Positions 10,240 through 22,389 of a stretch of 64,000 nt of DNA are shown here, in pieces. The stretch spans positions 155,064,001-155,128,000 of the forward strand of contig CM059431.1 in NCBI GenBank assembly GCA_030390025.1. Direction: 5' to 3'. Each line of letters starts with the position of its first letter. The stretch's first letter is position 1. The position numbers and the translations under genes are program-made. This stretch comes from Squalus acanthias (taxonomy: Eukaryota). The notes below the pieces were generated by a model. That model was not told the DNA's origin. It saw only the letters and a program-made list of their open reading frames with translations, and searched no databases.

Positions 10240-10967
10240 GATTTCAAAACCTCGGGCCGCCGACTTGTCAAAGTAGAGCATCCTAATACACCGCTCCTCG
10301 CTGAAGAGAGAATTGCTCTCTGAATACCATAGATAGGCGAGGTTTCCTGTTGAGAGCCAACCTGCCCCTCCTCCTCCCTCTGCATGAATCTTCTCCTATT
10401 TTCCCCTGCCTCCGCTCCTTCTCTCGAAGATACTCGAGCGCGAGGGGGTCTGCAAGTAGAGTCGCCATGACGGTGAGCAAGTGACGTAAATAAGAATGAA
10501 AACGTTCTCCACTTGCCCAAACACTCCCTATACCTTAGGGATATAAGGTATAAGTAATACATTTATAGAGCTGCTGGAGTTGCAGAAAGTTTCTCAGAGC
10601 CAGTCAAACTGCAGTAACATGTCAGCTGCGAGCTGTTGCTGATGATCCCTTTAAATAACACTGCTGGAGCTTCATTCCTGCTTGTCAACGCTTGCTCAGC
10701 TGGTCGCAGATAAGAGATTCTGATAAGTGGAGTGGCGAAGTTGAAAATGGCAGCTCGGGCGTCAAGTGAGCGTTGCCCACTATCTGACGTCACCATATGC
10801 ATAATCTACATAATTTACGCGAGCTCAGATATCGGCAACGTTACCGCCCAGCCAAAAATGGCGGACGCCGCGGGAACCGCCTGCAGCGGGCGGAAATACA
10901 GCGGTCGCTAGTTCTTCCTGAATCTGGCTGCAACGGGTTGCGCTAAATCCCCGAATTTTTATCCCCT
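10240..10967 (-). mobile_element. Truncated PIF/Harbinger-like DNA transposon with transposase N-terminal remnant
   Basis: Minus strand RGRRRGRLALNRKP...VFREQFS / FSEERCIRMLYFDK resembles a HARBI1-type N-terminus; terminal ccccgaatttttatcccc resembles the MITE TIRs in this window. Confidence 0.6.
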
Positions 10968-11634
10968 AGTAATTTTTATGATAATGGAGAACTGACATTA
11001 ATCCATAATATGACATCCATAAATATAAAGTTTTTCAGGCACAAAAAAGGGGTTTAGCAGTCAATACGCAGTTAAAACCCCTGTTATATATATTATAACA
11101 AGGTTTAGCATTGAATGTGGTGCTTAAGAGAGATCTTACGGGGGAAAAGCTTAAGTTTTCGTCAGTTCCAGTGATTTTATTGATTGTCGGCTATGGGGAG
11201 TGGTGTTCCACAGCGCAGCCTCAGTCGGACAAGTGAATGAATGACCGCTTTAAGAATTTCTGCGTTCACCTGTGCACGCGCTGAATCCTGAATTTACGGT
11301 CAGTTTCAGAGGAGTAATGATGGCGAATGCTGACAGTTCGCCGTCATTAGCCACTACAAAATCCGGGCCATGTGGGAGAAAGAAGGACACGACATGTCGA
11401 AGGAGTGAGATGAAAATAAATAGAATGTGAGGTGGCTCGTCTGAAGCATAGACGCCAAAATGGACCATTTTACTTTAATTTCTAATTAATTCTGTGCTGT
11501 ATTGTCAATTTTCATTCTCAGAAATGAGCAGATATGCTACTTGATTTGGAGATTCTTCCATTGCTTTTTTCCGTCACAGTATAATTTACCTGTGTGTTGC
11601 TAATATTAGATTCCGTGTTTTCGTTTTACCACAG

Positions 11635-11826
11635 CTTAAAAGCTAACAATCTCACAAACGGTTGTATCGAAGAGCTGACATCCGCTATTATTGGAAACCA
11701 GTCAGTAATGGAGCTGGACTTGAGTAACAAAAGCAAGGGTAGTAAATGCAGGAGTAACCTAACAGACAGCTCTATTCCCGCACTGCGCCGCCTCATCCAG
11801 ATGAACCAATATCTGAGGGAAATCAG
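11635..11826 (+). pseudogene. NLR A LRR exon, 192 nt
   Basis: cacag|C acceptor; LKANNLTNGCIEEL...ELDLSN...NLTDSSIPALRRLI...LREI; AG|gttaga donor. Confidence 0.88.
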
Positions 11827-11911
11827 GTTAGATAAAAAGATATATATTAAGTAAAAGTTTTATTTATTAGTGAAATATTCACAAGGAATAACGTAAGTGT
11901 TTATTTTTTAC

Positions 11912-12305
11912 AATGGCTCAGTTGGTATTGCTCCCGCCTGCGCTTCAGAAGTTGGTGAGTTGAAGCCTGGGGAGCACATAATCTAGGCTGGCGCTTCAGA
12001 GCAGTACTGAGGGAATGTTGCACTGTGGAGGTGCCGTTAAACCGCGGCCACGCTGCCCTAGTAGATGCATGTCAAAGTCGAACTAGGGAGTTATTTTGCT
12101 GTCCTGGGCAATATTTTCCCTCAAAGACATCATTGAAACTGATTATCTGGTCATTATGTCATTGCTGTTTGTGGGATCGTGCTGTGCGTATGTTGTCTGT
12201 TGGTTCCACTATTACAAAAGTGACTGCACTTCAAAAGTGCTCATTGGCTGTAACGCGTTTTGGGACTATCTGAGCTCGTGAAAGGCGCTATATAAATGCA
12301 GGGTC
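11912..12305 (+). mobile_element. tRNA-headed SINE with Deu-like core and L2-like tail (SacSINE1-like)
   Basis: tggctcagttggta box A; ggaggtgccgttaaacc...tgtcctgggcaatatt core; aaggcgctatataaatgca tail. Family name from recall. Confidence 0.7.
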
Positions 12306-12507
12306 TGTCTCTGTTTTTAACTGATAAACAAGATATGAAGCAAAATGGCGCATTCGTTTTACAGCGAGTTACTGTGTTGCATCTGCAACGACATCATAGA
12401 CGCGTACTTTTTGGCAGACGTTATGAGATCGCTACATGCAATGGACAGAACAATTCTCACTCTTACTGTCATCTATTTTCATTATTTTTCCTAGGGTAAT
12501 TTTACAG

Positions 12508-12592
12508 ATTGGGTCGCAATTACTTCACTTTAGGAGGACAGAAATCTCTGGAGTCGGACCAGGTAACCAGGACCAGATTTAACTTTGACTGA
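12508..12592 (+). pseudogene. NLR A last coding exon (LGRNYFTLGGQKSLES...FNFD*)
   Basis: tttacag|A acceptor in the correct phase; LxxNxFxxxG pattern shared with the gene B last exon; AATAAA near 13170. Confidence 0.7.
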
Positions 12593-13974
12593 TTGGCCGT
12601 TTCTCAATAAGGTTGATTAATTTCAATGGCTATATTGCTTAACACCAGCCAAAATTTAGAGGATGCGTGGGAATAACGACACATAAAAGAGAAGTATATT
12701 GAAATGTGCAGTGCTGGGGGATTGACTGCCAGGAACAGGCCGACTGTTCCACCATTCACCTTTGAGTAACGCACCGAGAAATCTGTCAACTGTGGGGCAG
12801 GCGAGACGCAAAGAGAAGGCTTGTCAAAAAATTGAACTATCTGATTTCCAGAAGCACCGTTGGCGATGCTACCTTTTTCGTGATAACTATTAACAGATGA
12901 CTTTTCCCGGGAAGATCGCTGCACAAAGAGCGGTGGAAACGTTGTCCAGGACCCTTAACACTAATTTTGCGTCAGATCTATTTCTTCACACTTGGTTTCC
13001 AATTAATGGTGGTCCACCATGCAGTCTCTGCTATAGGATTTTAATGCCAGGTTTATGTGATTGATGTAGTAATCGTATCCTTAGTGAATGTCATTGCGAT
13101 AGATAATGTATCAAGGATATTCTCACTAATTGATATTATTTAGCTGAAGCACAATTCGTGTTATTAATCAATAAAAACGCAGCTCGCTCAATTCGCACGT
13201 TATGAACTCAATGGAAGAACTCGTCATCCAATGCAAACAATATGGAAACACATGGGAGCACTAAATTTGTTATACTCCATCAACGTGATAACCTATGCTG
13301 CTTGCTTTCAATGTATCCGAATAGCAGAAGTTTGAGATTCCTAACTGTTATCAATTGTAATGGATCATTAAATTCTATAATAAACTAATTATATATTGTA
13401 CCTATTCCGGCAACATAATGGACTCACTGCTGTGAATTGCAGCAATCAAGAACAGAAAGTTGTCAAGTCAGCTTCTGATCTGTGCTAAAATGACAATATC
13501 ATGCGCAAACAAAGCTGTGGTGAGGTGGGAGTGGGAGGCGGGGGGGGGGGGGGTGGCGGTGGGGAGCGGTGAGAGGGTGATGGCTGTGCCCGGCTTCGTG
13601 CTCTTTATTAAAACCTATTGATGACGAGCAGGCAAAGTGTAGTTAGGCCTCTTGCATTCTAATTTTTCAGTTTACAGTCTAAAGCATCACTGGGAGTGAG
13701 GTAAAAGGCCGTAATCAAATTTCAGATGTGACTTTCAATCGTGGGAAAACCGCTCCATTTCCAACCTCACGTTACTCTCCAAAGTCATTGAACGTATTGT
13801 CATTTCACAAATCTACGCCTATCTTTCCCTCAACTCCATGTTTGTACATCTCCGATCGGGTTTCCGCTCCTGCCACAACACTGGAATGTCCATTATCAAA
13901 TTTATATTTGGCATCCTATGTGACTGTGACTCTGGTGCACCAGCCACCGTCATACCTCGAGACGTGTCCATAGC

Positions 13975-14210
13975 CATTGACACAGTTGAGCATAACTTTG
14001 CACTCCAACGCTTCTTCAGCGTTGTTCAGCTTGATGGGACTGTCCTCGCCTGGTTCCATTCCTATCGAGCTAGTCGAAGCCGGAGAATCACCTGCAATGT
14101 CTTCTCATTGTTTGCCTCGGTGTGAATTTTTTTCTGATAATATTCCTGTTAAACGCCATGCGGCGTTTTACTACGATAAAGGTGCTATATAAATGCAAGT
14201 TGTTGCTGTT
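13975..14210 (+). mobile_element. Internally deleted L2 fragment
   Basis: DTVEH...L.GTVLAWFHSY RT piece joined to the gctatataaatgcaagttgttg tail. Confidence 0.65.
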
Positions 14211-14914
14211 GCAGAAATTTATGTCGTTCAGATGAATGCTAATTACCCCGTGGTACCATCAGAATATGCTTAGGAGCGTCTGCTGATGTCTCGGCCAACA
14301 TTCCTCCCTCAATCGATAATACCACAAAACACATTAAGTGGTCACTCAACCCATTACTTCTTGGAATTAATCATAACGTTGGATCCCCATGCAGAGACAG
14401 CATCAATGCTGTCGGAAAATTACTAAACAGATCAGCACGAGCAGCATCGTCCCTAAAACTTGCGTTCAGTGCAGGACAGGTTTATAGGCTTTACCTGAAC
14501 GCAAGAGTGAGACTTAAGTACTCATGTGCATTTGCATATTTTGCACTTTTCCATAGAATTTTTTATGGTAACCCATTAAATCATGCTGAACTCTTCTCTC
14601 ACCACGCTTTGAATATTTCTTCACCACTGACAGCATGTTATGGCCACAGCTCCCCTTCCCATTAAAATACAGCCTGCTGCTCATGCCCTCCAACATTCAC
14701 AAACTGTAATCTGGGTACATCTGTTCACAATGTGAAGGTTTTTTTTTACTCTTCTACTAACTGCTTGCATTTTTTACTCATTACAGGCACACTCTTACAA
14801 AGAAAACCCACCTACCATTCTGATTTTATGCTTCTCGCCCACTTATCATGCGCTGTAGTTAAATAAACCTTTCAGAGCTGAACTCTTTAAGAAACAAAAA
14901 CTAACAAATTGTGA

Positions 14915-15165
14915 CAAAAACACAAAATGGTGGAAACACATAGCAAGTCCGGTTATATCTGTGGAGAGAGAAACAGAGTTACCGTTTCAGGTCGATGACC
15001 TTTCATCAGACTGGAAGATGTTAGCGATTAACAGGGGCTGTGCAGGAAAAGATCAAAAAGAATGAATACACTGTATAACTAACTGTGATGGGGTGTAGGG
15101 CAGACGTGATTAGATGACAAAAGTGATGCTGGTGGAGGGATAATGAGGTGATACTGAGGCAAGGG
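14915..15165 (-). mobile_element. Short Penelope-like element with a decayed hammerhead motif (about 14978-15011)
   Basis: Homologous to 9515-9740; reverse strand CTGATGA-AA-GGTC(atc)GACC-T-GAAA. Confidence 0.65.
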
Positions 15166-15559
15166 CAGAAACAAAAGATCCCATTATCAGAGCACGTTCC
15201 ATTTGTCACCGCTCTGCATCCAACCTCTCTACCTGACAGTGCAGGCTCGTGAACTGCTACAGACTCATACAAAAAAATCATAATTGCACTACTTTAATGG
15301 CGTACAAAAAGCAATGAAACTGATTTTCACCCAGGAGTTCACCAATGATGACTTCTGACACGACCTCCATCCTGTTCTACTATTCAATGAATTCCTCTCC
15401 CCCAGTAACGTCAACATTTGCATTAGAAGGTTGATGTTTATCAGGTGTGGACTTCTGATATCATTGTGGTCGGCGACCTATAGGAGTTTGGGTCTGAGAC
15501 GGTTAGCTTTGTTACAGGCTTCGATTATTTGTTGATTAATTCTATGCCCAACGGTATAG

Positions 15560-17020
15560 CTACTGTTAGGGAGCCTATAAATTATTCCCGCCAGTGTTTT
15601 CTGCCCCTTGTTATTTCTTATCTCCACCCATACTGATTATATTTCCTGATCTTCCGAGCCAAGATCCTTTCTCACTACTGCCCTTATCTCATCCTTTATT
15701 ATCAGGTTTATAGCCTCCTTTTCCTTTCTCCCTGTTTTTTTTCGAAACATCAATTAACCGGGAGTATTTAGTTCCCAACTCGGACACCATACAACTACGA
15801 CACACAAATGGATATTAGATGAAAGCCATTTATCTGTATTTGTGCAACTAATTATTGTATCTTGTTACGAATGCTTCGGACATTCAGATAAAGAGGCTTT
15901 AATTTTAACTTTTTACCATTATTCCCTGGTTTCACCTTATTTGCTGATGAACTATTACTGTTAAAATCAGTCTGTGCCTTCGTTTCACACTCTACTTATC
16001 TTTACCCAAATCGCTACACTGCTGCATTTTCTTAACTTTTATTGTTAGATTTCAAAATTTTCCCTTACCTGACAACTCTGCCTTTAGGTTTAATGCCCCA
16101 TCTATAGCCCTAGTTATTCGATTCGCCAGGACACTGATTCCAGCCGGTTTAAGTAAAGCCTGTCCCAACGGAACAGCTCCCTCTTTCCACATTACTAGTG
16201 CCCCATGAATCAATACGGTTTCTCGCACACCAATCTTTAAGCCAGGCATTTAAATCTCTCATCTACTTGTCCCAATGCCAATTTGCGCGTAGCTCAGGTA
16301 ACAATTCGGAGATTCTTACCTTTGAGGTTCTGCATATTAATTTGGAAACTAGCTCTACAAACTGTCTCAGCAGAACCTCATCCCTAGTTCAACCAATGTC
16401 ATTGGTTCTTACGTGGACCATGGCCACTGGATCTTCCTCCTCCTACACCAATTTCTTCTTCTTGCGCGCGGAGATATCCTTAACTCAGATAAACAGCCTT
16501 CGTAACTCCCGATCGCGGCTTCAGAGAATAGTATCTATCCCACTGACTATGCAGTCCCATACCAATACAACATTCCTTTTCATCGCCCCGGACCCTTGAA
16601 TGGCTTCCTGTACCACGGTGACGTGGTCAGTTTGCTCATCAACCCTGCAGACTTCGCCCTTATCCGCGCAGGCAGCAAGAAACTCGTACGTGTTGGATAA
16701 AGGCAAAGGCCGAGGCTCCTCCAGCAGCGCACCAGGAGTCCCCTCACCTGCCTGAGTCGCAGTCACACCCTGCTGTTCCAGATCACTAACCAGACATGTA
16801 CCACTACCTAACCGAATAGGTGTGACTGCCTCCTGGATCAGAGTGTCCAGTTAACTCCCCCTCCCTGATGCCCCGCAGTGTCTGCACCTCGCACTTAAGC
16901 TCAGCAAATCTGAGCTGAAGCTCTTAGAGATTCAGACACTTACTGTGGACGTCGTCATCCGGGATTGCAATATTCTCCACAAACTCCCATATGCTGCAGT
17001 TGCGGCACACCACCTGCACC
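15560..17020 (-). mobile_element. Decayed CR1 5' half (ORF1 and start of the endonuclease)
   Basis: PLPLSNTYEFL...VVL..DCIVSGID esterase-type ORF1 motifs; endonuclease-like sequence at about 15600-15900. Confidence 0.7.
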
Positions 17021-17469
17021 ACATATATATACATACATGTTTTCTTTATTAGTTAAATAAAGTTTATATATTTAATTAACTTAGCTTATAGTTTAATTTT
17101 TAACTCATTAGTAGATCTATTTTAATTTATAGGCAGATGCAATTAAATACTTACCTGTAGCACAAAGCGCTCCAAATTTTGGAGGCAAAACGCAACAACT
17201 CTATCCCACACTGCGCCGAATTCCCACTTTCTCGAAATTCTCAACTTTAATACTCTGTTTGGAAGCATTATATTTAAGACCACTCTGTGCAGACCATTCT
17301 GTGCGTCAACAGATACGGTTTACTTTTACACACCTTGGAGCCAAAACCAGATTAGAATTGCTATCTCAGACCCCAATTCACCCGAATTAGCACCTATTCA
17401 AGACAAACACGCACAGCTGCTCATTGACAGTTACCAGAAGTTTCGAACATATTTCAAGTGCTTGAGTTT

Positions 17470-17795
17470 TATTCGTTCTTGGGATGTGGACGTCACTGGC
17501 CAGGCCAGCATTTATTGCCCATCGCTAATTGCCCTTGAGAAGGTGGTAATGAGCCGCCTTCTTGAAACGCAGCAGTCCGTGTGGTGAAGGTACTCCCACA
17601 GTGCTGTTAGGTAGGGTGTTCCAAGATTTTGACACAGCGACGATGAAGGAACAGCAAGATATTTCCAAGTCAGGATGGTGTGTAACTTGGAGGGGAACTT
17701 GCAGGTGATGGTGTTCCCATGCTCCTGCTTCCCTTGTCATTGTCGGTGGAAGAGTTCGCGGCTTTGGGAGGTGCTGCCGAAGAGGCCTTGGCGAA
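17470..17795 (-). mobile_element. 3' end of the non-LTR family seen at 22390-25425
   Basis: Reverse complement of about 25095-25420, including the gggcaataaatgctggcc tail. Confidence 0.85.
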
Positions 17796-17796
17796 T

Positions 17797-20700
17797 TATA
17801 GTCATAGAGTCGTAATGGCACAGAAGGAGGCCATTGGGCCCATCGAGTCCGTGCCGGCTCTCTGCAGAGCATTCGAGTCAGTCCCATTCCCCCGCTCTAT
17901 CCCCGAAGCCCTGCAAGTTTATTTCCCTCAAGTGCCTATCCAGTCTTCCCTTGAAAACATTGAGTGTCTCTACTTCCACCACTTCCGTCAGCAAAGAATT
18001 CCAGGTCATCACCACTCACTGCGTAAAAACGTTTTTCCTCACGGCCCCCTTGTATCTCTTGCCCAAAACTTTAAATCTGGGTCCCCTAGTCCTTTTACCA
18101 TCAATTAGTAGGAACAGCCTTTCCCCGTCTAGCCTATCCAAACACTGCATAATCTTGTACACCTCCATCAAATCACCCTCAACCTCCTTTGCTCTAATGA
18201 AAACAAATCCAGAATCTCCAACCTGTCCTTGTAGCTAAGATCCCCCATCCCCGAAACCATTCTGGTAAATCTTCTCTGCATCCTCTCAAGGACCTTCACA
18301 TCCTTCCTGAAGTGTGGTGATGAGAACTGGACGCAATCAATCATTTGCGGCCTAACCAGTGCTTTACAAAGGTTCAGCATAACTTCTCTATTTTTGTACT
18401 CAGTACCTCTACTTATGAAGCCCAAGATCCCATACGCATTGTCAACCACTACCTCAATATGTCGTGCCGCATTCAGGGACCTATGCACATTAATTCACAA
18501 GTCCCTCTGTCCCTGTACACACTTTAGAACTGTACCATTAAGTGTATATTGCCTCTCCCTGTTACTTCTGCCAAAATGCATCACCTCACACTTCTTTGTA
18601 TTAAATTCCATCTGTCACTTGTCTTCCCATTCTGCTAGCCTTCCTGTAGCAGTCGTTTGATATCATCATCACTGCTTGCCACACACCCAAGTTTGGTGTC
18701 ATCAGCAAATGTAGAAATTCTACATTGTATTCCAATATCTAGGTCATTTATATGTATCAAAAAAAGCAGTAGCCCCAGCACTGACCCTTGGGGAACACCG
18801 CTGTCTTCCATTCTTCAGTCTGAAAATCAGTCATTTACCAAAATTCGCTGTTACTGTCTTTAAGCCAATTCCTTTTCCAAGCTATTCCATGAGCCTCAAT
18901 TTTGTTAACCAGCCTTCTATGTGGTACTTTGTGAAACGCCTCCCGAAAATCCATGTCGACAACGTCCATTGCATACCTTTCATCAATCCTCTCTGTTACC
19001 TCATCAAAAAGTTCAAGTAGACTGGTCAAACACGATCTTACTTTTACAAACCCTTGTTGATCCTCCTTACTTAGCTTAAACCTCTCCAAATGCCAGTTAA
19101 TTTTTACCTTGATTATTGTTTCAAAAACTTTATCCACCACTGATGTTAAACTGACCGGCCTGTAGTTACTAGCATTGTCCTATATACTTTCTAGAAGAAT
19201 GGTGTCACATTTGCCAATTTCCAATCCTCAGGCACCTCCCCCGCATGTAGGTAAGATTGGAAAATTATGGCAAGCCCTTCCCCTATCTCCTCCCCCAATT
19301 CCCTTAGCAACTTGGGACGCAAACCATTTGGACCAGGCGACTTGTCCACTCTAAGCATATCCAGACATTATAGTACATCCTGTCTATCAATGTTTACCCC
19401 TTCCATTGCTTCTACCTTTTCCACTCCTACCGATATACTGTCAGCATCCACATAATTAGAAAACACCGATACAAAGTACTCATTGAGTATTCTAGCCTTG
19501 CATTGCGCCTCTAAGCATATATCACCTTCTTTCTTTCTAATAGGCACCACCCCGCCTCTTACTACCCGCTTACTGTTTACATGCCGGTAGAAGATTTTTG
19601 TGTTCCCTTGAATGTTAACCGCCATTCTATTCTCATATTCTCTCTTTGTACATTTTTTTCCCATCTTCACATCCCCTCTCAACTTATTGTTTTTGGTCTG
19701 GTTGTCCCTTGAAGAATTCACCTGACATGCATCATACACCCTCTTTTTTTGTTTCATCATCTTCTCTATCTCCCTCATCATCCAATGAACCGTTGCTTTG
19801 GTTCCCTTACACTTCGCTTTTGTTGGAATGTACCTAGCCTGTGCTTGTAACATCTCCTCCTTAAAGATCACCCATTGTTCCGTTACAGTTTTTCCTGTAA
19901 GTATTTGGTTCCATTTTACCCTGGTTAGATCCTTTAGCATCCCATTGAAGTTAGCCCTCGTACAGTTTGGAAGTTCCACTCTAGATTGTTGCTTGCTCTT
20001 CTCCATTGCTAATATAAAACACATGATACGATGATCACTCGTACCCAAGTGTTCTCCCACAGGCACTTGATCGACCTGGCTCACCTCATTCCCCAGCACC
20101 AAATCCAGCAATGCCGCATTCCTAGTTAGGCCAAGAACATATTGGGCAAGAAAACTCTCCTGAATACATTTCAGAAATTCCTCCCCTTCCATTGCCATTA
20201 TCCTACCAATATCCCAATCGATATTTGGGTAATTAAAGTCCCCCAGTATCACCACTCCATAGCTCTTGCATATCTCTGCAATTTCCCTGCATATTTGCTT
20301 CTCTACCTCCCTCTCACTATTTGGAGGCCTATAGAATAACCCCAATAGCGTGATCATACCCTTTATGCTCCTCAACTCTAACGGAATGGATTATGTCCTT
20401 GTCCCCTTAAAAACATGCACCCTTTCCAAAGCTACAATGTCTTCCTTAATCACCACTGCCACATCACCTCCCTTTTTTCCTCCACTATATTTTCTGAACA
20501 TTTTGTACACTTGAATATTAAGTGCCCAGTCCTCACCGTTTCTAAGCCACGTTTCCGTTATTGCCACAATATCATATTGCCAGACGTCTAATTGTAGCTC
20601 ACCAACTTTATTCACCACACTTTGTGCATTTACGTACATGCATTTTAAGCCCATTTTTGAATTTTCCGTAGTCTTCCTCAGACTGCTCCTGTCTGCTATG

Positions 20701-21900
20701 TTACTTCTAACGCCTCTGGTATTATCTTCTCTTGTACTAACCAACACACTCACTCATTTATGCACCCTATTCCTCTTTGCTACTAATCTATGCTGGTGCC
20801 AATCCCCCTGACAAGTTAGTTTACTGCCTCCCCAACAGCACTAGCAAACCTCCCCGCGAGAATATTGGTCCCGGCTCAGTTGAGGTGTAACCAGTCCAGC
20901 TTGTACAGTTCCCACCTTCCCCAGAAACGGTCCCAATGCCTCAGGAATCTAAAGCCCTCCCTCCTGCATCATCTCTCCAGCCACGCATTCATCTGTTCTA
21001 TCCTCATATTCCTGTACTCACTAGCACGTGGCACTGGGATTAATCCAGAGACTGCTATCTTTGAGGTCCTGCTTTTTAATCTCTCTCGGAGCTCCCTAAA
21101 CTCTGCCTGCAAGACCTTATCTCTATTTCTGCCAATGTCGTTGGTACCCATATGGACAACGACCTCTGGCTGTTCCCCCTGCCCGCTCATTATCCTGCAG
21201 CCGCTCAGTGACATCCTTGAACTTGGCACCAGGGAGGAAACATACCATCCTGGAATCACGTCTATCGAGAAACGCCTGTCTGTTCACCTAACTATCGAAT
21301 CCCCTACCACTATCGCTCTTCCGTTATTTTGCCTCGCAGCGTGACTCTGAGCCACCCTTGGTGCCGTGGACTTGACAGTGGCTGCACTCATGAGACGAAC
21401 CATCACCCTCACCAGTATTCAGAAATTAATACTGGTTTGAGAACGCGATGCACTCCGGGGAATAATGCACTACCTGCCTGGTCCTCCTCTTTTGTCTGGC
21501 GGTCACCCATTCCCTCTCGTCCTGCATACTCTTAAAGTGCGGAGTAACCACCTCTCGAAACGTGCTATCCACGTAACTCTAAGCCTCGCGGATGCACTGC
21601 AGTGATTCCAGCCGCCACTCAAGCGCTCGAGTTGCTGTAGCTGGCGACTCTTACTGCACATGTGATCGTCCAGGCTCAGCGAAGTGTCCAGGTCTTCCCA
21701 CATGGCACAGGATGTGCACTCCACGGGACTGAGTTGCCCTACCATGTCTCTACTTAATAGACTAAGAACTAACCCAGCAGAAATAAACTTAAATTTTAAC
21801 AAAAAACACTCCCCAGCTGCTCACCAATCAGCACTTTCCCTCTATTTAATAGGCTATTAATTAACTTAGCAGACATAAACTTATAATCTCTCCAATCAGC
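17797..21900 (-). mobile_element. Near full-length decayed CR1 LINE (Zn-finger/esterase ORF1; APE-RT ORF2)
   Basis: VECTSCAMWE, VVHMGTNDIG, YVNAQS...ITETW, GDFN, SDH, YMDF-type and C-terminal motifs in order, with multiple stops and frameshifts. Confidence 0.9.
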
Positions 21901-21914
21901 TCCTTCTCTGTATT

Positions 21915-22385
21915 AATTTCCATCTTCCACTTGTCTGCTCGTTCTGCTAGCCTTTCTATGTCCTGTCGCAGTCGATTGGTATCATCATCACTCTATGCCA
22001 CACCCCCAAGTTTGGTGTCATAGCCAAATTTAGAAATTCTACATTGTATTCCAATATCCAGGTCATTTATATATATTAACAAAAGCATTGGTCCCAGCAC
22101 TGACCCTGGGGGAACACCACTCTCTACCATCCTCCAGTCTGAAAAACAGTCATTTAACACAACTCGCTGTTTTCTGTCCTTTCGCCTATTCCTTATGCAA
22201 GCTGCCACTGATACACCTATTCCATGATACTCAATTCTGTTAACCAGCCGTCTATTTGGTACTTTGTTAAACGCCTTCCTAAAATCCATGTAGACAACAT
22301 CCATTGCATTCCCTTCATCGATCCTCCCTGTTACTTCATCAAAAAATTCAATTAGATTAGTCAAACTCGATCTGCCTTTTACAGA
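21915..22385 (-). mobile_element. CR1 RT fragment
   Basis: DVVYMDFRKAF...SGVPPGSVLGP...YINDL...DTKL. Confidence 0.85.
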
Positions 22386-22389
22386 TGTG

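Larger units (their letters stand above)
2199..12592 (+). pseudogene. NLR gene A (N-terminal death-fold-like domain, NACHT, LRR), disrupted; first coding exon(s) not located
   Basis: Six phase-compatible exons with AG/GT boundaries. NACHT motifs: GVAGIGKT, IFDGLDA, VLVTSR, CYIPVYCWII, FTHRTLQEFLAA. Lesions: insertion 3320-5985, TAA at 7033-7035, frameshift near 7160. Confidence 0.9.

Noticed and set aside
13520..13580. G-tract with G-quadruplex potential (also a C-tract near 39700)
   Set aside because: Simple low-complexity runs with no supporting context.
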